Source: Eledone cirrhosa
Lineage: Eukaryota
NCBI GenBank assembly: GCA_964016885.1
Contig: OZ024753.1
Span: 17,608,001 to 17,672,000 of the forward strand
Direction of reading: 5' to 3'
Length of the DNA: 64,000 bases
Within the stretch, counting starts at the first letter, position 1. Every line of letters begins with the position of its first letter. The position numbers and the translations under genes were made by a program. Shown piece by piece: positions 40,368-60,726 of the stretch. The notes below the pieces were generated by a model. The model did not search any database and had not been told where the DNA came from. It was given only the letters and a program-made list of their open reading frames with translations.

Positions 40368-40658
40368 GTAGAGCTTCGGTTCACAACCGTTGTCCCGAGG
40401 AACGAACACTCAAGCCAGCAAGATTGGTTGGCAACACGTTTGGAATATCAGCGAGAAATCTTTACTTGTTCTGCCGTTAGTTACAATGTTGATATCTATA
40501 TGTATTCCACACTCTGTTTCTCTCTCTCTCTCTCCATAATTCTCTCTCTCACTCTATTTCTCTCTCAATATGGAGGAAAAATAGTTTCGGTTTACGAACA
40601 TTCCGGTTGATGAACAGCGTTCAGGAACGAAATAGGTTCGTGAAGGGAGATTCTAATG
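40366..40658. mobile_element. Old Tigger/pogo-like MITE
   Basis: Imperfect TIRs TAGTAGAGCTTCGGTTCACAAC / GTTCGTGAAGGGAGATTCTAATG|TA; internal CGAAC repeats. Confidence 0.55.
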
Positions 40659-41524
40659 TAGTATATTCTAGACGGGTTCATATCTGTTTCTAAGTATTGT
40701 CTACGTTAATGGACTTCGGAACCATTACATAATTGCTGTTGTCGGAGTTTATTGCAGCTCAAAACTTGTTCTTATTTATTGTTGTACCTCGGAGAGATTT
40801 GATTTGAAAATATAGGAAGAGGAAATTAAAGAACCTTACATGTAAGGCTGGGCTGAAAGGTTCACAATCAGCCAATGAATAGCATACCCTCGTGAATTGA
40901 AAATGCAACGGAACGTAATAAGCCAAGTGTAGCGGTGAAATGAAGTTGGTATACAAAGTTAATAGCAGGTCTGGCTACATGTTTGGATAACAATGTATGA
41001 AATTGCCTTCTCTTCTAATTCTATTATCGTGAATTATACGTTAAAGGAATATAAATTGACTTCAGCACTTGATTTCCACCTTGTTTGATCATTCCCCGGG
41101 GGTTTAAAGACGAAGTTAACTCTGGTGAGCTTAAACTTCAGAATATAGATGTAATTAAATAATAGAAGACATTTTGTGTGAATTTCTAAATTCTGCTAAC
41201 AATATCCATATATGATAATGTGAAGTCACTTGAGACAAGATTTAAAATGCAACAACTTTATCTATGGATTGAAGGGAATACACTTCCCCCTCAACAACTG
41301 TTATCACGATAAGACGTTATGCGTTATATGTCTTAAACTTTACTGGTAATAACAATCGATCTTTTTCTCGCCCCTCGCAATAGTAGTACGATTTGAAATC
41401 AATTACAAAGGGACATAACTACATGTATTGCATAGAAGGTCATCGGAAATCTATTAACTATAACAAAACATCATTTGATAATGTTAATGCCGATGAATAT
41501 AATAACAGCAATAACAATACTAAT

Positions 41525-41710
41525 AATTGTTTCCACTGTAGGTAAAAGGCCAGCAATTTGAAGGGGGAGCGGAAATCAATTGAATTGCCCCCAGTGCATC
41601 ACTGGTGCTTTATTCTATTGACCCCGTAAGGGTGAAAGGTAAAGCTAACATCGATAGGTTTCAAGGCCGTAACTCTATGCCGCAAAGCATTTTGTCTGAT
41701 ACTACCAAAT
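41525..41710 (-). mobile_element. Diverged tRNA-SINE copy (further fragments at ~36940-37070, ~44225-44325, ~48077-48150)
   Basis: Reverse complement of the family central and 3' domains. Confidence 0.7.
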
Positions 41711-42264
41711 CTTATATGTAACGATTGGTGAATTGCGAGACTGTGTCAGAGTTATTATTTGTTATCATGTTATTAAAATAAGTTGGATTACTTTGAATAA
41801 ATCATGAATGAATAGTATATAATTTCTTAGCTTTTGATTAAACAAATATTCTTATATGTAATATATTGCTTATTTCAAGATTCACTTCTTTTAAAATTTT
41901 GAAATGTCAACACTTCCTTTAGCGTCCCTTATATCATAACTCTTCGCCTAACGCTATAGTTTCATCGCTATATCACATCGCTTATGTATACGTTCATATA
42001 TTTGTATCGTTATATCATAACATTTCCATATTTCCATCGTTATATCATAACATTTTAATTTCCGTCGCCAATCTAATTTTCTCCTTTTTCGTTTTCATAA
42101 CATTTTGCCGTAATGCAGTTTATATATTATATCGTCGTTTTTGGATGTATCATGGAAAAATAGGTGGAGAAGTATATACATCGAATACAAATGTATGAGA
42201 CTTTCAGTCCTCCTGTTATAGAGAACAGAATATATAAGAGTCATTGAGAAACCCCACAAGTCTA

Positions 42265-42955
42265 TCACCTTGACCAATTCTCTTGGCCAAATCTATTATC
42301 ACCTTGACCAATTCTATTATCACCTTGACCAACTCTATTATCACAATCACCAACTCTATTATCACAATCACCAACTCTATTATCACCATCACCAACTCTA
42401 TTATCACCATCACCAACTCTACTATCACCATCACCTACTCTACTATCACCATCACCTACTCTACTATCACCATCACCTACTCTACTATCACCATCACCTA
42501 CTCTACTATCACCATCACCTACTCTACTATCACCATCACCTACTCTACTATCACCATCACCTACTATACTATCACCATCACCAACTCTACTATCACCATC
42601 ACCTACTCTACTATCACCATCATCTACTCTACTATCACCATCACCTACTCTACTATCACCATCACCTACTCTACTATCACCATCACCAACTCTACTATCA
42701 CCATCACCTACTCTACTATCACCATCACCTACTCTACTATCACCATCACCAACTCTACTATCACCATCATCTACTCTACTATCACCATCACCTACTCTAC
42801 TATCACCATCACCTACTCTACTATCACCATCACCTACTCTACTATCACCATCACCTACTCTACTATCACCATCACCAACTCTACTATCACCATCACCAAC
42901 TCTACTATCACCATCACCAACTCTACTATCACCATCACCTACTCTACTATCACTT
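42265..42955. repeat. 21-bp minisatellite (ACTCTACTATCACCATCACCW), ~33 copies, with polar variant gradient
   Basis: 7-aa periodic ORFs in several frames. Confidence 0.95.
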
Positions 42956-45227
42956 TCCTCAAATCCACCATCACCTTTTATAGGTATTCGGGTGTACTTT
43001 CTCACAGAAAATATTGACACAGAATTTACTTCCTTTGTTGTCTCCCTTGTTCAATCATGCAAATATATCTGTTTGTGGTTTTCTAATTTATTTTTCACAA
43101 TCATTTTCGTGTTTACAAATTTTTCTAAAATTTGTTTAATATTGGTCAGATAAAGGGAAAGAAACGATCTTGCTATATAAATGAGCGAATAATTAAAGAG
43201 AAAACAAAACATTCAGTGACAGACCTTCGTGTTTCCACTTCAACTGGGTCGATACTTGAAAGTTTCATAAAAAAAAAGATATTACTTGTTTGATTAAATT
43301 CAAAATCTTGCACGGAGTTATGACTGAACACGCATGCTCTTCGAAAAATGAAATAAAAGGCGGGAACAACAACAACAGCAGAGCAACAACAATAAATCCA
43401 TAAACCCTTTTGTCCGCGGTTGTCAAAATTTTGAAATGAAAAAGAAGAAAAGTGGGGGAGGAGGAAGAAGAGTGTGGTAGGAGAAGGAGGAGGAAGAAGG
43501 TGGGGTAGGAGGAAGATGAGAGGAAAGAGTAGACAAAGAGGGAGGAGGCTGAGAAGAAAATGAAGGAGGAGAATAAGAAGAATTTAGTGAGGTGGGCGTT
43601 TGGAAAAAAAATCAAGAAAATTTATAAAACTGCACATATTAGAAATTGTAGCAGCTCAAGGCACAGAAACGTGTGCAGCTTTGTGATAATAATAATAATA
43701 ATGATAATAATATTATTATTATTAATTACACTTCGTTGAATTACAATTGTGAGTTCATTTGGTCCAATTAACTGGAAGACACTTGGAAGACTTTCTTCTT
43801 TCTAATCATTTGCATCACAAATGATGATTGATTCAAGGTTATTGGACGTAAAAAATTTCATAAATTTCAAGAAAGTTAGATACAAGATGAACTGTAATAT
43901 ATAGATTACCAGTTAAATAAAGCAACGATGGATCCTTCATCGGTTTCGACGATGAACACTCAATTGTTGGATCAACGGAACGTCATACTCATTCGTACAA
44001 ATATAACCCAACACTATATGACATGGCTTGTTTCGTGAATTTCAGACGCACTCACAAATAGTTTCCTTCTGTCCAACTTCTATTACAGACTGGGATCGAC
44101 ACAATACTGCGGCAGTATGAACATCAGGATGCGTCGTTTAGTGGTTAGGAAACTGTATTCGCAATTGTGAGGTTGAGAATTCGATTCTCTGACCTGACGT
44201 ATCGTTATGTTCTCGAACAAGACAGATACGATAAAATAAAGTACCAGTAACGCATTGGGATTTATTTAATCGACATTCGCTTTCCCAAACATTATTGGCC
44301 GTGTGCCTTAATCAGAAACAATTATATACAGATCATTAATTTGTTATATGAAGTACTGATGACATATGGCTGAGTCATGATTGTGACTCATTTTCAATTG
44401 ATATTCAGAGTTCATTTCTCTCCAAATAATTTAATTTTGGAAAGGCATGAATGTTACAGCAGCCCTTTCCTCTTCCTATTGTTGAAATGAGTTGTTCTTT
44501 TCAGTCATAAAATACATCCCAATTCTATTCATGAGTGATGAGCACTGTTAAACAAATATTTCCTCAAAAGGAGGGAATTGTTAGACATGTGGATGAAAGC
44601 AAGCCATCTAAAACAATTTTCTTTGTGCTAAACATGGAAGCTATAAATTCCGTGAAAATTTCAACTAAAATAGGATTACATATTCTAGACGTAAGGTACA
44701 ATAAGTTCCCAACTATTAATGGAATAATATATAAATACGAAGGCTTATTTAACTTTCAGAATCTATACAGCCACAGGCAAATATACTCAGAAAATATACA
44801 ATCAAACTGTTTAATAATCGGATTATAAATATTTAATTAAGTTGCTACATGAAATTGGTCAATTTTAAATGTAACGAAGCTAAATTCCAGCTGTACATTA
44901 GAGAAAACTCATTAATTAAATAAATAGTTAAACTTTAAACTATTTAACATGAGTCTTTTGAGCTCTACACATCAATGAATAATTCATTCAAAGCTCATGT
45001 AAGTATATACAAAAACTCAATACAACTAGTAATACAACATACTACATCCTGATAACATATATCCTAATATGTGTTATTAGGATGAAACAAATGAAAAAGG
45101 CCCACATAGTTTAACCTGTTGACTGTATATTTCACACAGCTACATTTGCTGTGCCGGGTTTTGTTTCAGTAAAATAACTATCTTGATTGATACACGTCAC
45201 AATAATAAACTACTAACCCTATCTAGC

Positions 45228-45390
45228 TTTGAAGACATGAACTGTTGGAAACGAGTTCATAACTTTGAAGATATGAACTGTTGGAAACGAGTTCATAACT
45301 TTGAAGATATGAACTGTTGGAAACGAGTTCATAACTTTGAAGATATGAACTGTTGGAAACCAGTTCATAACTTTGAAGATATGAACTGTT
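45228..45390. repeat. 36-bp minisatellite, ~4.5 copies
   Basis: 12-aa periodicity NFEDMNCWKRVH. Confidence 0.9.
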
Positions 45391-46597
45391 CAAACATGTT
45401 AGGACGAGTTATCTCGTCTACGGGAAGAAGTTAATAGAATCATTTTCATTAACTCTTGTTTGCACCTATTTTCCTCAGCCATAAGTAGTGAATAATCTTT
45501 AACCCGAAGAGATTTAAAGTCAACTTGTTCACTCTAATGATCTTAGTTTACAGACTAAAATTCCATAATGTTAGGAAACTATTGAAAACGCAAAGCCAGC
45601 AGAACAAATTAAAAGAAACATGGAAATGAAATTGACATTCTCAAGAGTAAACTTAGTTAAAGAGAACTGTCTAGTCGTACCACTTATATATGAAGCAACT
45701 ATCATACATAATATTCAACCGGACAGATATTGATTATATACCAAAACTGCTAACCACTTTAACAAATAACATATGCCTGTTCCTTTACAAAATAACAAAG
45801 AATACCATATCATTGAATAGTTACTTTAAAATAAAACACCAAATTAGAACCAGTCGAATACATTCTGTATATTTTACACTCATAAGACACTAGAAAATAC
45901 TAAATAGGCAAGTAGGATTACTCTGAATTCTTCAAATAGTATTTTGTCTGTATTTAGCAATAATTTGAATACATAGAAATTCAATAAACCAAAATATTCG
46001 CTCCACAGAAAATTCGTTTTCAAAAGCCTCCAAATAAAAATCTACTTCTTGCAATATGTTCGTACACCAAATATAACCACACTGACCTAACAGATATAGG
46101 ATGTGACTGATTCCCATTAGAAGATAGTTTGTGAAGATCTATTAACGTATTCTTAATAACTAAAGTTTTATTCAGTCTTCATTTATAGTAAAAGGTCATA
46201 TGAAGAATTTAAGCAATGTCACTGTTCAGTTTATCAAATGATATATTAATTCTATAGAAGGTGTGAAGTAATATTGGAAATGGTATACAGTAGGAAACTG
46301 TTGCTTATATACGTTACTAAAATATGTTGAGCACGTCTCCCTCCCACCTCTTTCTTTATCTATGTATCTATCCATCTATATCTATCTATATACTTCCCTA
46401 TCCCTCTATATCTATCTATATACTTCCCTATCCCTCTATAGCTGTCTGTCTGTATGTCGGTCTAGTTATCTGTAAAACTATAAGGTAACTAGGTATAATC
46501 TTTTGGTGTGAAATCGAATGATGAAATATTTTAATATGATGAACTCTTCTAGTCAACACATAACACACCAATAAAATAACTACTTAAGCAGACATGA

Positions 46598-46660
<63 letters not shown>

Positions 46661-46701
46661 TTCAAAATATTACCAAAATTAGAACTTCTTGTGATCAAGT
46701 A

Positions 46702-46768
46702 TATTTTATTAAACATATTTCAGAGGTACTGAGCTAACTTCAACAGTACGTCCTCATCAGATAAAATA
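46702..46768 (-). ncRNA. Minimal type I hammerhead within a 46657-46870 element flanked by (TA)n
   Basis: Near-identical to 25449-25515: CTGATGA-GGACGTACTG...CAGTACCTCT-GAAA-TATGT-TTA|ATAAAATA. Confidence 0.7.
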
Positions 46769-46866
46769 AGATGATGCATGACATACCTTGACATAGTAGA
46801 TAGTTAAGATCCAGTCATATTGTAAAACTAATTCTTTGATTTATTCATTGAACCTTATTTAACCTT

Positions 46867-46946
<80 letters not shown>

Positions 46947-47036
46947 CACACAAACACATATATTCATTTCATTAAGGCGAAACTCCAGATTAACAAGACT
47001 CACTATTTAGCCTTAATAAAGTGAATATTACAAATC

Positions 47037-47067
<31 letters not shown>

Positions 47068-47081
47068 TATGTCAATATATG

Positions 47082-47101
47082 TTTATATATATATAAAACT
47101 G

Positions 47102-47149
<48 letters not shown>

Positions 47150-47645
47150 TTTGAATCCCTAAATCTCGAAGTACCCAACCGATTTTTTCAAACTTTGGAT
47201 GTGTATTACTTTTGTTTGAGGGAGTTTTATGCACATAAAATTCAACTTTTTGATACCCTAGGTGAAAAACTGCGTTTTTTCAGCTTTTTGGTGTTTTTTT
47301 TTGAGGCGTTACGTCAGTCTCTTCGTCATACCGTGAGCAAAGAAAATCCAACTTTTTCATGGCCTCGGGCCCGCAGTAGGTGAAAAACTTCATTTTTTCA
47401 GCTTTTTAGGCTTTTTTGAGGTGTTACGTCTAGCCGATTATCCCGAAATTTCAAGGCATATTATGCACATAAAAAAATTCATTTTCTTGATCCCCTAGGA
47501 AAATCTTAAAGATTATCCAGCCATCAGAGTATTCGGTTTATTTTGTTTACATATTGTCCAGGCATGCAGTTTTTCCACGATTAAGTCTGTTGGCGGCCCG
47601 CGTTCCAAAATACCTTATCCCGTGCAACGCCGGGTACTACTGCTA

Positions 47646-47646
<1 letters not shown>
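47082..47646 (+). mobile_element. Non-autonomous Helitron with internal microsatellite
   Basis: 5' T.TATATATATAAAACT followed by (TG)n(AG)n; 3' hairpin CCCGTGCAACGCCGGG followed by CTAG|T. Confidence 0.8.
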
Positions 47647-47689
<43 letters not shown>

Positions 47690-47854
47690 CATATAGTAAT
47701 AATAATAAATGTGAAGACTAAAATCCAAAGAGAGCTCGATAAGGATAGATATATATCAAATACAGAAGAACCCTAGAGCAAATATTTATTAAATAACAGA
47801 TTAAAGTTTAAGCAAAGAATCGCTGCTTTCGCCCTTAACGAGATCTTCTTAACC

Positions 47855-47930
47855 GCATCACCCGGTCCAGAAATCGAACTCACGAACTCAAGATTGCGAG
47901 TCAAATTCTCTAACCATTCAGCCACAGGCT
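47855..47930 (-). mobile_element. tRNA-like SINE head (not a functional tRNA); relative at ~44130-44225 (+)
   Basis: Minus strand GTGGCTGAATGGTTAGAG...GAGTTCGATTTC contains A- and B-boxes; the acceptor stem does not pair. Confidence 0.6.
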
Positions 47931-47953
47931 ATGTGAAGGTGTGTCTCTGTGTC

Positions 47954-48082
<129 letters not shown>

Positions 48083-50399
48083 TCTACTTTTTGGCACAAG
48101 GCCAGCAATTACCCTGTGCATTACTGGTACTTTATTTTATCGACCCCGATAATGTTTATTTATATCAAATGAAAAAGCGGTTTTACATATATACATGTAT
48201 ATGTATATTGTCTTTGTTGCTTATTTTTCGTCCACCGTGGTGAGAAGTCGTGTCTAATAAATGATCCCCAGAAGATATCTGATGAGCGGGATTGTTCATA
48301 TGTTTGTGTCTTCCGCGTTTTCAGGTTCTTACGTTTCTGATTGACTTAATTTCCTTTACGATTACTGAAACCAAGAATAGTATAACTGAAGAGAGTGTAT
48401 GCATGCATGTATGTATGTATGTTTCCCTTTCTCTTAATTTCGAGTACACTTTTCACCAGTTGGTTGGGAAGGTTGTAAAAGAAATGAAATTGTCATTCCT
48501 TGAATCGCAAGAATGCTTTGTGAATTTTGAAGTTGCGAGATATCACGGCCATTTGTAGTTTATGAATTAGGGAGCTGCGTTGTATGTATGTATGTATGTA
48601 TCTCATGTTGGGTCGTCGGTGAATAAACCGGCAACACCACCAAGTTTGCTTGGTGAGGAGGGTGATATTTGGACACCTTGCGGGATGAAATACAAGACCC
48701 GGCAAAGGGCGGAAGAACTCAGCAGAGTCAACGACCATCTAAATAGTACTTTTTTTTATTTTTCCCTGGGAGTGAAAGGCCCCCAGTTGTTGTCACAACA
48801 CCTTTCTAAGAGAGGGAAACTCTGAAAAAGAAAAACCTGCGGTTTCGGAAGCATCCGATGATGTTGACCAGTTCTCCTTTTCGGGTAGTGTTTTCGATGC
48901 CCAGGGAGTGGGATTGGTCGAGTGCAAGGCCTTTCCCCACTTAAAAAAACCTTCAAAGCACAGCCATTGCTTGTTCAGGATCTGTTACAGGTTCGTGTGG
49001 CTGGCCGTAGCCTAGAGGTGCACCAAACACTATAATCTGACAAGCGATTGCAATACTCTTAGCAGAGTTTGCAGCCATCATGAATGTATGTATGTTTTTG
49101 TAGTTACGTATGGATTCTGTATATATGCATGTTTGTATGTATATATATGTATATATGCATATATATATATGCATGTGTTTTTATGTATGCATGTATATAT
49201 ATATATATGCATGTTTTTATGTATGCATGTATATATATATATATATGCATGTTTTTATGTATGCATGTATATATATATATATATATGCATGTTTTTATGT
49301 ATGCATGTATGTATATATATATGTATTTATATATATATAACGTATATTCTTAATTATTTTGCTTATATATATATATACATATATATATATGTATGTATTT
49401 GTATGTATATATGTAACTCAGTACAACCTATCGCATGGTTGGGTCGTCGGCAGTTAAACCGGCAACCCCAGCAAGTTTACTTAGTGAGGAGGGTGATTTT
49501 AGACACCCTGCAGGACAAAAAACAAAACCTGACAAAGGGCGGAAGAACTCATAAGAGTCAACGGCCATCCAAAAGTGTGTAAATATGTATATACACATGT
49601 AAATGTGTGTGATTATGTGTATATGCATAGGTGCATGTGCATGTATATGCGCGGGGACATAGAAATAGTCGGGCTGGACAACCGATCGCGCGGTCAAACC
49701 ACTGGGAGTGAATGACCCCCTAGCCTTTCTTAGGGCATTCTACTAGGAGAAGGCAACTCAGGAAACTGGGATAACTACGATATAAAACCTGCGACTCAGT
49801 AGTTACCGATGATGTTGAACTTTTCTTCTTTTCAGGTTAAAGCTACTGTCGCTCAGAGAGTGGGATTGGCTCGGTGCACAGTCTTTCCTCACTTTAAAAA
49901 ATATCTTCACGCACAGGCATTGCACGATAGAATTAATTAATTATTATTAATAATGGTATATCATGCAATGGCCATACTCGATAACGAGGGGGCAGCCATC
50001 ATCATCATGTATATATGCATGTATATATGTATGTGTTTGTATATATGTGCATATATATATGTATGCATATGTTTTCACATGCGTATGTATATACATATGT
50101 ATGTATGTGTTTGTAGGTATGTTAAACAGTTCTATCTCGATAATAGTTTACCGATAACATACTATACAAGCACATACATTAATCTAGATATATAGAGCCA
50201 ATTGTGTGTAGACAGGAAGTGTCTGGAGACATGTGACACTAAAAGAAGTATAGTGGTTGGCTGGTTTAGATTCTGTCAGTAGAACTTTATATAACGAGTA
50301 CCAGTTCATTTACAATCACGCTAGACAGGTCAAAGACAACTACCATTTCTATTATTTTTAAATTGGTGTATACAAACACCTAATTTAAACAAACGTTTG

Positions 50400-50476
<77 letters not shown>

Positions 50477-50479
50477 TGT

Positions 50480-51010
50480 GTAGATGATGACTGTACGTTA
50501 AATTTCGCGCCAGTTCGTGTTTGTAAGTTCTTTATTGCTACTAACTGAAAAACCCCCTTTCTGGTGGTTTTCTGCTAGCATGTGTAGTGTGTATATTGAT
50601 ATTATACGCAAGTATATATACATGTAGATATGATACATAAACAAAAATTGTAATTGACAATATATAATACATAGAAATTGAACGAAGACTGTGTTACACT
50701 GTCTTATGTAATCAGTAACGTAATCCATGGTACATTAAAAAAGACGATATTATATATAAACTGCATTAGGAGAAAATTAGTCACGGAAATATATGAATGT
50801 TTATTTAAGCGATGGCCAACCGGAAGTGTTAACATTTCAGAAATTTTAAAGAAGTGAATCTTTAAATAAAAAAAATCAACGAAATTTATTAGATAAATTA
50901 TGTAATATTCATTCATTATTAATTCAAAGTAATACAACTTATTTTACTAATCGGATAACAAATTATAAAACGGACACAGTCCCGCGCCCCTTACTTTATT
51001 ATAGTGTAGA
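50480..51010 (-). mobile_element. Probable non-autonomous Helitron
   Basis: Minus strand starts A|TCTACACTATAATAAAG and ends with a degenerate hairpin ACTGGCGCG..CGTACAGT followed by CTAC. Confidence 0.5.
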
Positions 51011-51177
51011 TTTTAATTGTTGGTCACATGACCGGGTATATAATATAAGTACCAGATAAGGATGGTTTGTCATTAAGTTTTGTGCCAAACAAAATTCAGG
51101 TGTCAAAATTCAGGCTTGTTGAAATAAATTGAATGTTTGTGTCGATAGTGATGGTGGTGGCAGGGTAGAAAAGCGAA

Positions 51178-51297
<120 letters not shown>

Positions 51298-51439
51298 ATA
51301 GCAAAGCGGTTTATCATCTTGATAATAGAAATAAAAATGATTAGTAGAAATGGAGAGGGTGTTATGTTGTGTTAAGGTGTTAAAGTATTAACATATGATA
51401 AAGTAAATTTAGCTCTGGTCTTTTATTTTCGAATATAGA

Positions 51440-52625
51440 AAAGGGTGTTATGTGTGTATGTATGTGTCTCTTCGCATGGTTAGTATGGTGTTAACATAAT
51501 GTATATTAAATTATATTTAATGTTGGTCTATATTTTTGAATAAACATATTTTACTTATTTATTCGTATTTGGTCTGTTGTATTGTCAGCGCAAAGATAAA
51601 GTGGGAAGATGTGCATTGAGTGGTATCTGTTTTGTGGTAGGGTCTCGTAATTGTTGGCGATGAATTGTCATTCTGTTTCTGAGTGTGAGTTTAGTTTGTC
51701 CTATATAATCTTCATTGCATCCTTTACATTTAATGGCATAAATGAAATTTTTTGATGAGCAAGTGAAGTGATTTTTTTTAGAACAAAGTTTTGTCCTGAT
51801 TGAAATGTATACAGGGTACCTTCAATTAGAGCGACCACATTTTTTGACAGTTGGTAGTGGGTTTATGGTAGGTAATTTGCCATGGTTAGTAATGTTTTTA
51901 GTGATTTAGGTTGTCTTTTGGGTGTTTCAAGTGCATTTTTCATTCTTGGGTCTTGTTTCAATAGTGAGATGTTCTTATGAATAATGTTGTATGCTTCTGT
52001 ATTTCTTGGGTTGTGTGTTGAGATATAAGATAGAATATTGGACGTTCCCTGAGTTTGTTTCGGTTTTAGGAATTCTTCAATGCCTATCGCTTTAGCCCTT
52101 TCTATTCCATGAGAGTTTCCTTTAATGCTTTGAGTCTTTTATTCAACGTTTCATAACTGGATACAAGTGTGCAAATTCTTCTTACTAGAGTAAAAGAGAT
52201 GTTCGTATTCGTGTGCTTTGGATTGCTGGAGGTGAATACCAGGCCTCGTTTGGAATCTGTTGGTTTGTAGTGGATGTTAGTTTGAATATTTGTGTCGGAT
52301 TTATGATTAAGATGTCCAGAAATGGGAGCTGATCTTGACTGTTTTCCATTGTGAATTGGATGTGGTTATTGATGCTGTTAATTAAATTTGCGAATTCATT
52401 AATTTGTCGAGTGTGTGAGACCAAATAATAAGGCAATCATCCAAGTCGCGTTTCTAAATCGCTGATAAATATTTGTGGAAGTTCCAGCCGTATTTTAATT
52501 TGGAATGTTGATATATCTGGACTTCCAAGTATGCCACGACTAAGTTAGCGTAAGTTGGCGCGACTTTTGTACCCATCGCAGTCCCTGATATTTGCTTGTA
52601 AGTACTGCCATCGATATCAAATAAG
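51440..52625 (-). mobile_element. Decayed, 5'-truncated Penelope/Poseidon-type element (RT C-half + GIY-YIG)
   Basis: Minus strand: YKQISGTAMGTKVAPTYANL, KRDLDDC, NSINNHIQFTME..QLPFLDILI, HYKPTD; then FTCSSKNFIYAIKCKGCNEDYIGQT..LRNRM..H. Confidence 0.88.
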
Positions 52626-52669
52626 TTTTTTTTCTTTTTCTTTTATTTTTTTATTATTAGAAAAACCTC

Positions 52670-58364
<5,695 letters not shown>

Positions 58365-59317
58365 TCTTTTCCCTATTACTAAATTCATCTCCTAATATTG
58401 ATACCATAACGTTATTAACTTTAATTTAGTTATAATGTAATTAATAATCTACTACTGTTTGACTTCATAATTCTGCTTCAAATATTATAAACCTAACTAA
58501 TTTACACCTTGGAAATCAATATGTTGACTATCTTTGGTTTAGTTAACATATGATTAATGGTATACTTTTTTATTTTGGGATGCATAGATTTCGTATTTCC
58601 TAGCACTGAAAATATGTAAGAACATACATTGAATTAAGATACGGAAAATATTATATGTTTCTTGAAACATATATTTACTTTGATCCCCTTCTCCAAACCC
58701 CCCCTTTCCCCCATACTATTATCATCTGTTTTTGTAAGAGTATATGTATGAATATATGTGTAGGTGGGTGTCTATATAGGTTTTGGTATTTATTTCTAAA
58801 TATAAAAATACATATATGAGCATGTAAATATGAATGTAAGATTGAGTGTGTATATATGATTGTACATACATATGTATGTATATATATGTATATATATGTA
58901 TTATATATGTATGTGTATGTGAATGTGTGGTATGTATATGTGTATGTATATGTATATATGTGTATGTATGTGTATGCTTGTATATAGGAATATATGTATG
59001 TGTATATATGTATGTATATGTATATGCGTGGTTGTATGTATGTGTATATGGGTTCTGTATATATTTGTATGTCTCTCTATTTATATGTTTATCTTCGTAT
59101 CTATGTGATATATGTGTGTGTGTGTGCATGTATGCATATGTATGTGTTTGTGTGTGTTTGTATGTGTGTGTGTATATATATATGTATTTGCGCACACTCA
59201 CATACACATATATATATATATGTATATGTGAGTGTGTATGTGTGTCTGTGTGTGTGTGTGTGTGTGTATGTGTATATATATATGTATATATATATGTGTA
59301 TGTATGTGTATATATAT

Positions 59318-59355
<38 letters not shown>

Positions 59356-59478
59356 ATATAGGTGTCTATGTGTGAATATATGTCTTTATTCGTATGTGTG
59401 TATTTATGTATGTATATGTTTAGGTGTATGTATGTATGTGTATGTATGTGTGTGTATATATATATATATATGTATATA

Positions 59479-59527
<49 letters not shown>

Positions 59528-59868
59528 CTTTATTATTATTGTAATATAACTTATGTGTATATGTGTATAAGTGAGGTTGTGTATGTATATATACTATGTG
59601 TATATATAAGAGTAATGAAATATATATATATATATATATATATATGTGCATGTCTGTTTTTTATGTGTGTGTATATATATATATGTATGTGTATATATGT
59701 GTATGTATATATATATATATATGTACGTGTGTGTATGTGTATGTATATATATATATATATGTACGTGTGTGTATGTGGATGTATATATATATATATGTAT
59801 ATATATACATGTGGGTGTTTGTATGTATATTTATGGTGGTATGAGTGTGGGGATATATATGTTTGTAT

Positions 59869-59900
<32 letters not shown>

Positions 59901-59921
59901 GAGTCTATGTGTGTGTGTATA

Positions 59922-59968
<47 letters not shown>

Positions 59969-60726
59969 ATGTGTGTATGTGTTGCGCGTGAGTGTGTGTG
60001 TATTTATATCTTTTTATATGTGTATGTGTATGTTTCGTGTAAATGTATGTGTGTGTATGACAGTATAGGTATGTGTGTATGTATGTATGTGTAGATATCT
60101 CTATGTGCGCGTACATGTATGTATGTGTATGTATATCTGTATGTGTATGTACATTTATTATATTTTATTGTTTTTATTTTTTTATTTTTCTTAATTTATA
60201 GATACATTTATATTAGGCTGTCTGGTCTGACAATCTAATACTGACCCCTCCCCCCCCTCCCACCTAATTTCTGTATCTTGATCTTGAAATGTGTGTACCA
60301 GTGTTTTTATGTGAGTGACTTAATTTCTATTTGCTTATGATTTTATATCCACATATATAAATGTGAGTGGGGGAGTGTGTGTGTTTGTATGTTCGTGGTT
60401 ATGTGTATATTTATGCATATACGCACATGTATGTGTGATTATACTGATATGTGTGAGTATGAAAAAAATATATTTATATGCTTGACTCCATAAGTATCTT
60501 TGCGTATCTTATCAGCGCATTAAACTTACAGAGATATTAACCTTGAAATTTTGTGTTTGCATCCATCTTTTTAGTATACACATACAAATTATACACACAT
60601 TATTGTAAAATATGTGTAAGGTTTTTGCATGTGTATACACACACCAAACTGCTTTTAACCCTTTGTGTTTTCATTGGTCAATTTTGAACTGATATTTTGA
60701 ATTGTTGTTATTATCAATAAATATAC

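Noticed and set aside
47855-47930. Possible tRNA gene
   Set aside because: A and B boxes are present but no proper cloverleaf or acceptor stem; better explained as a SINE head.
48279-48325. CTGATGA-GCGGGA...TTCCGC hammerhead-like start
   Set aside because: Stem II is followed by GTTTTC rather than GAAA; incomplete or decayed.
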